Of a stretch of DNA of 64,000 bases, positions 62,641 to 64,000 are shown piece by piece. This DNA is from Candidatus Poribacteria bacterium (GTDB lineage: Bacteria; Poribacteria; WGA-4E; WGA-3G), in assembly GCA_965208735.1 (NCBI GenBank), contig CBDBPM010000002.1:3206962-3270961 (forward strand), in the 5' to 3' direction. Below the pieces are notes generated by a model. It made no database searches. It had not been told where the DNA came from and saw only the letters and a program-made list of their open reading frames with translations. Position numbers and translations under genes: made by a program. Each line of letters opens with the position of its first letter. Position 1 is the stretch's first letter.

Positions 62641-63071
62641 TCTGCAGGTTTTGCGGGCAGTGGTATCTACGTCATGGATATGCGTGGGAAAGATTTGCGC
62701 CGCGTGACACCTATGGGTATTTGGAGTCGGCATCCGGTGTGGTCACCCGATGGTGATTGGATTGCCTACGATATGGAACCTGAAAAGCAGTGGGGCAACC
62801 CGAAGGAGTTGGATCAAAACATTTATATCGTCCGCGCTGACGGAGGTAGACCTCGCCAAATCACAGTGGATGCGGAAAAAGATCGTGATCCTGCCTGGGT
62901 ACCGGAGGCGTTTTTCTCTGTATCCCCGAATGCGGAGATGCAGACGACGCTCTGGGGTAGACTCAAGCAAACCGACAATTAGGGGCACCTTGCCAATGGG
63001 AGTAGAGTCATGAACCGAAACGAACGTCCTTTATCAGAAATGATGGCTTGAATCATTTAGGAGAAGCAGGT

Positions 63072-64000
63072 ATGAAAGTGGTGTTGATTTTTTGTTTAAT
63101 GCTTTTGGTGCTGATGTTTGGGGGGGTGTGTCAGGTTTTTGCCGAAGCCCCGAAGACCCCGAAAATCCTATTTACCTCCAGACGGGACGCGAATCTGGAG
63201 GTGTACATGATGAATCCTGACGGTTCCGAACAGGTCAACCTCACGCAGCATCCCGCTATTGACCTTCAGGCAGCTTGGTCGCCGACCGGTGAGCAGATTC
63301 TGTTCGTCTCGGATCGCGGGGGCAAGAGAGACCTGTATGTGATGGATGCCGATGGTGGGAATGTCCGCCGCGTCTTCAAGCAAAAAATAGATGTTTGGAG
63401 AACAGCACCTACATGGTCGTCCGATAGCAAACAGTTTGCTTACCAGTGCGTGGACTGGAGCTTTATCAAGAACGGTCTCTATCTTGGGACGTTTGGAGAA
63501 GAAGATGACGAACGCATCGCGAATTACAGTTATCCGGCGTGGTCTCCCGATGGTTCAGAAATTGCTGGTTCTATAGCGCATAAACTGGGGTCTCGACTTA
63601 TGTTTATCAACGTCCGCACACGCGAGACGGAACAACCGCTCCCGGATGAAGCACTCCTATTTCAATTCGATCCGTCCTGGTCCGCTGCAGGGGACAGACT
63701 TGCGTTTTCAGGGAACAGGCATCCGTTGCCGGTGATCTTGGATCGGGAGCTGCACCGCGTATGGAAAAACAAACAGGCGATCTACATCGTTAACCGAGAC
63801 GGCACGGGGCTGCGGCAGCTTGTTGATGAAGCGGGCCCCGATGCGGAGTTTCCTGTGTTATCGCCGGATGGCTCGGAAGTGGTTTATACACAGGGATCCC
63901 AAATTTTCAAAGTTGATGTCAACAGCGGGGTTCGGACACTGTTGACACCTGTTGGGCAAAATGTTGGTGGGGATTGGTTTGATCCTAACTATACCTTGCC
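63072..64000 (+). CDS. Exported TolB-like (PD40) protein, paralog of 54780..55805, running off the right edge
   Basis: MKVVLIFCLMLLVLMFGGVCQVFAEAPKTPKILFTSRRD...; open to the window end at DWFDPNYTL. Confidence 0.85.
   Translation, partial: MKVVLIFCLMLLVLMFGGVCQVFAEAPKTPKILFTSRRDANLEVYMMNPDGSEQVNLTQHPAIDLQAAWSPTGEQILFVSDRGGKRDLYVMDADGGNVRRVFKQKIDVWRTAPTWSSDSKQFAYQCVDWSFIKNGLYLGTFGEEDDERIANYSYPAWSPDGSEIAGSIAHKLGSRLMFINVRTRETEQPLPDEALLFQFDPSWSAAGDRLAFSGNRHPLPVILDRELHRVWKNKQAIYIVNRDGTGLRQLVDEAGPDAEFPVLSPDGSEVVYTQGSQIFKVDVNSGVRTLLTPVGQNVGGDWFDPNYTL

Larger units (their letters stand above)
61450..62982 (+). pseudogene. TolB-like (PD40) gene interrupted by a 564-bp element
   Basis: Joining 62076 to 62641 gives WSPDGKQIAY|SAGFAGSGIYVMD in frame, ending TTLWGRLKQTDN. 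Confidence 0.88.

Overview
Bacterial chromosomal window with two parts. The gene style (signal-peptide proteins ending in a ...TTWGxLK tail or an NYPNPFNP...RKMLIRK domain, WD40/TolB/TPR/LDL-receptor-like repeat proteins, ECF sigma fused to a beta-propeller) suggests a sponge-symbiont lineage such as Candidatus Poribacteria; this is inference only. The housekeeping part has metH, lolA-pgsA-thpR-recA, a complete Pup-proteasome operon (arc/mpa, dop, pup, prcB, prcA, pafA), ppdK and rtcB. The accessory part has a TA pair, a sensor-less sigma54 activator, many exported repeat proteins, a helicase-less type ISP/IIG-like RM enzyme, two 1090-bp IS701-family copies and dense, nested REP/MITE repeats. 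Main observations: (1) a 564-bp element with IS608-like (IS200/IS605) ends, inserted after TTAT in a TolB-like gene, which carries no tnpA/tnpB but a strong sigma70 promoter and a ~450-nt densely base-paired RNA running into the right end; (2) a hidden selenoprotein, a lipoprotein thioredoxin with in-frame TGA giving W-U-G-F-C, whose Cys paralog 6.5 kb upstream is fused to the paralog of the neighbouring gene; (3) two consensus sigma54 promoters, each followed by a structured non-coding segment; (4) a 14-blade WD40 protein with mosaic, position-restricted variation. All structures were folded by eye, and no database search was run.
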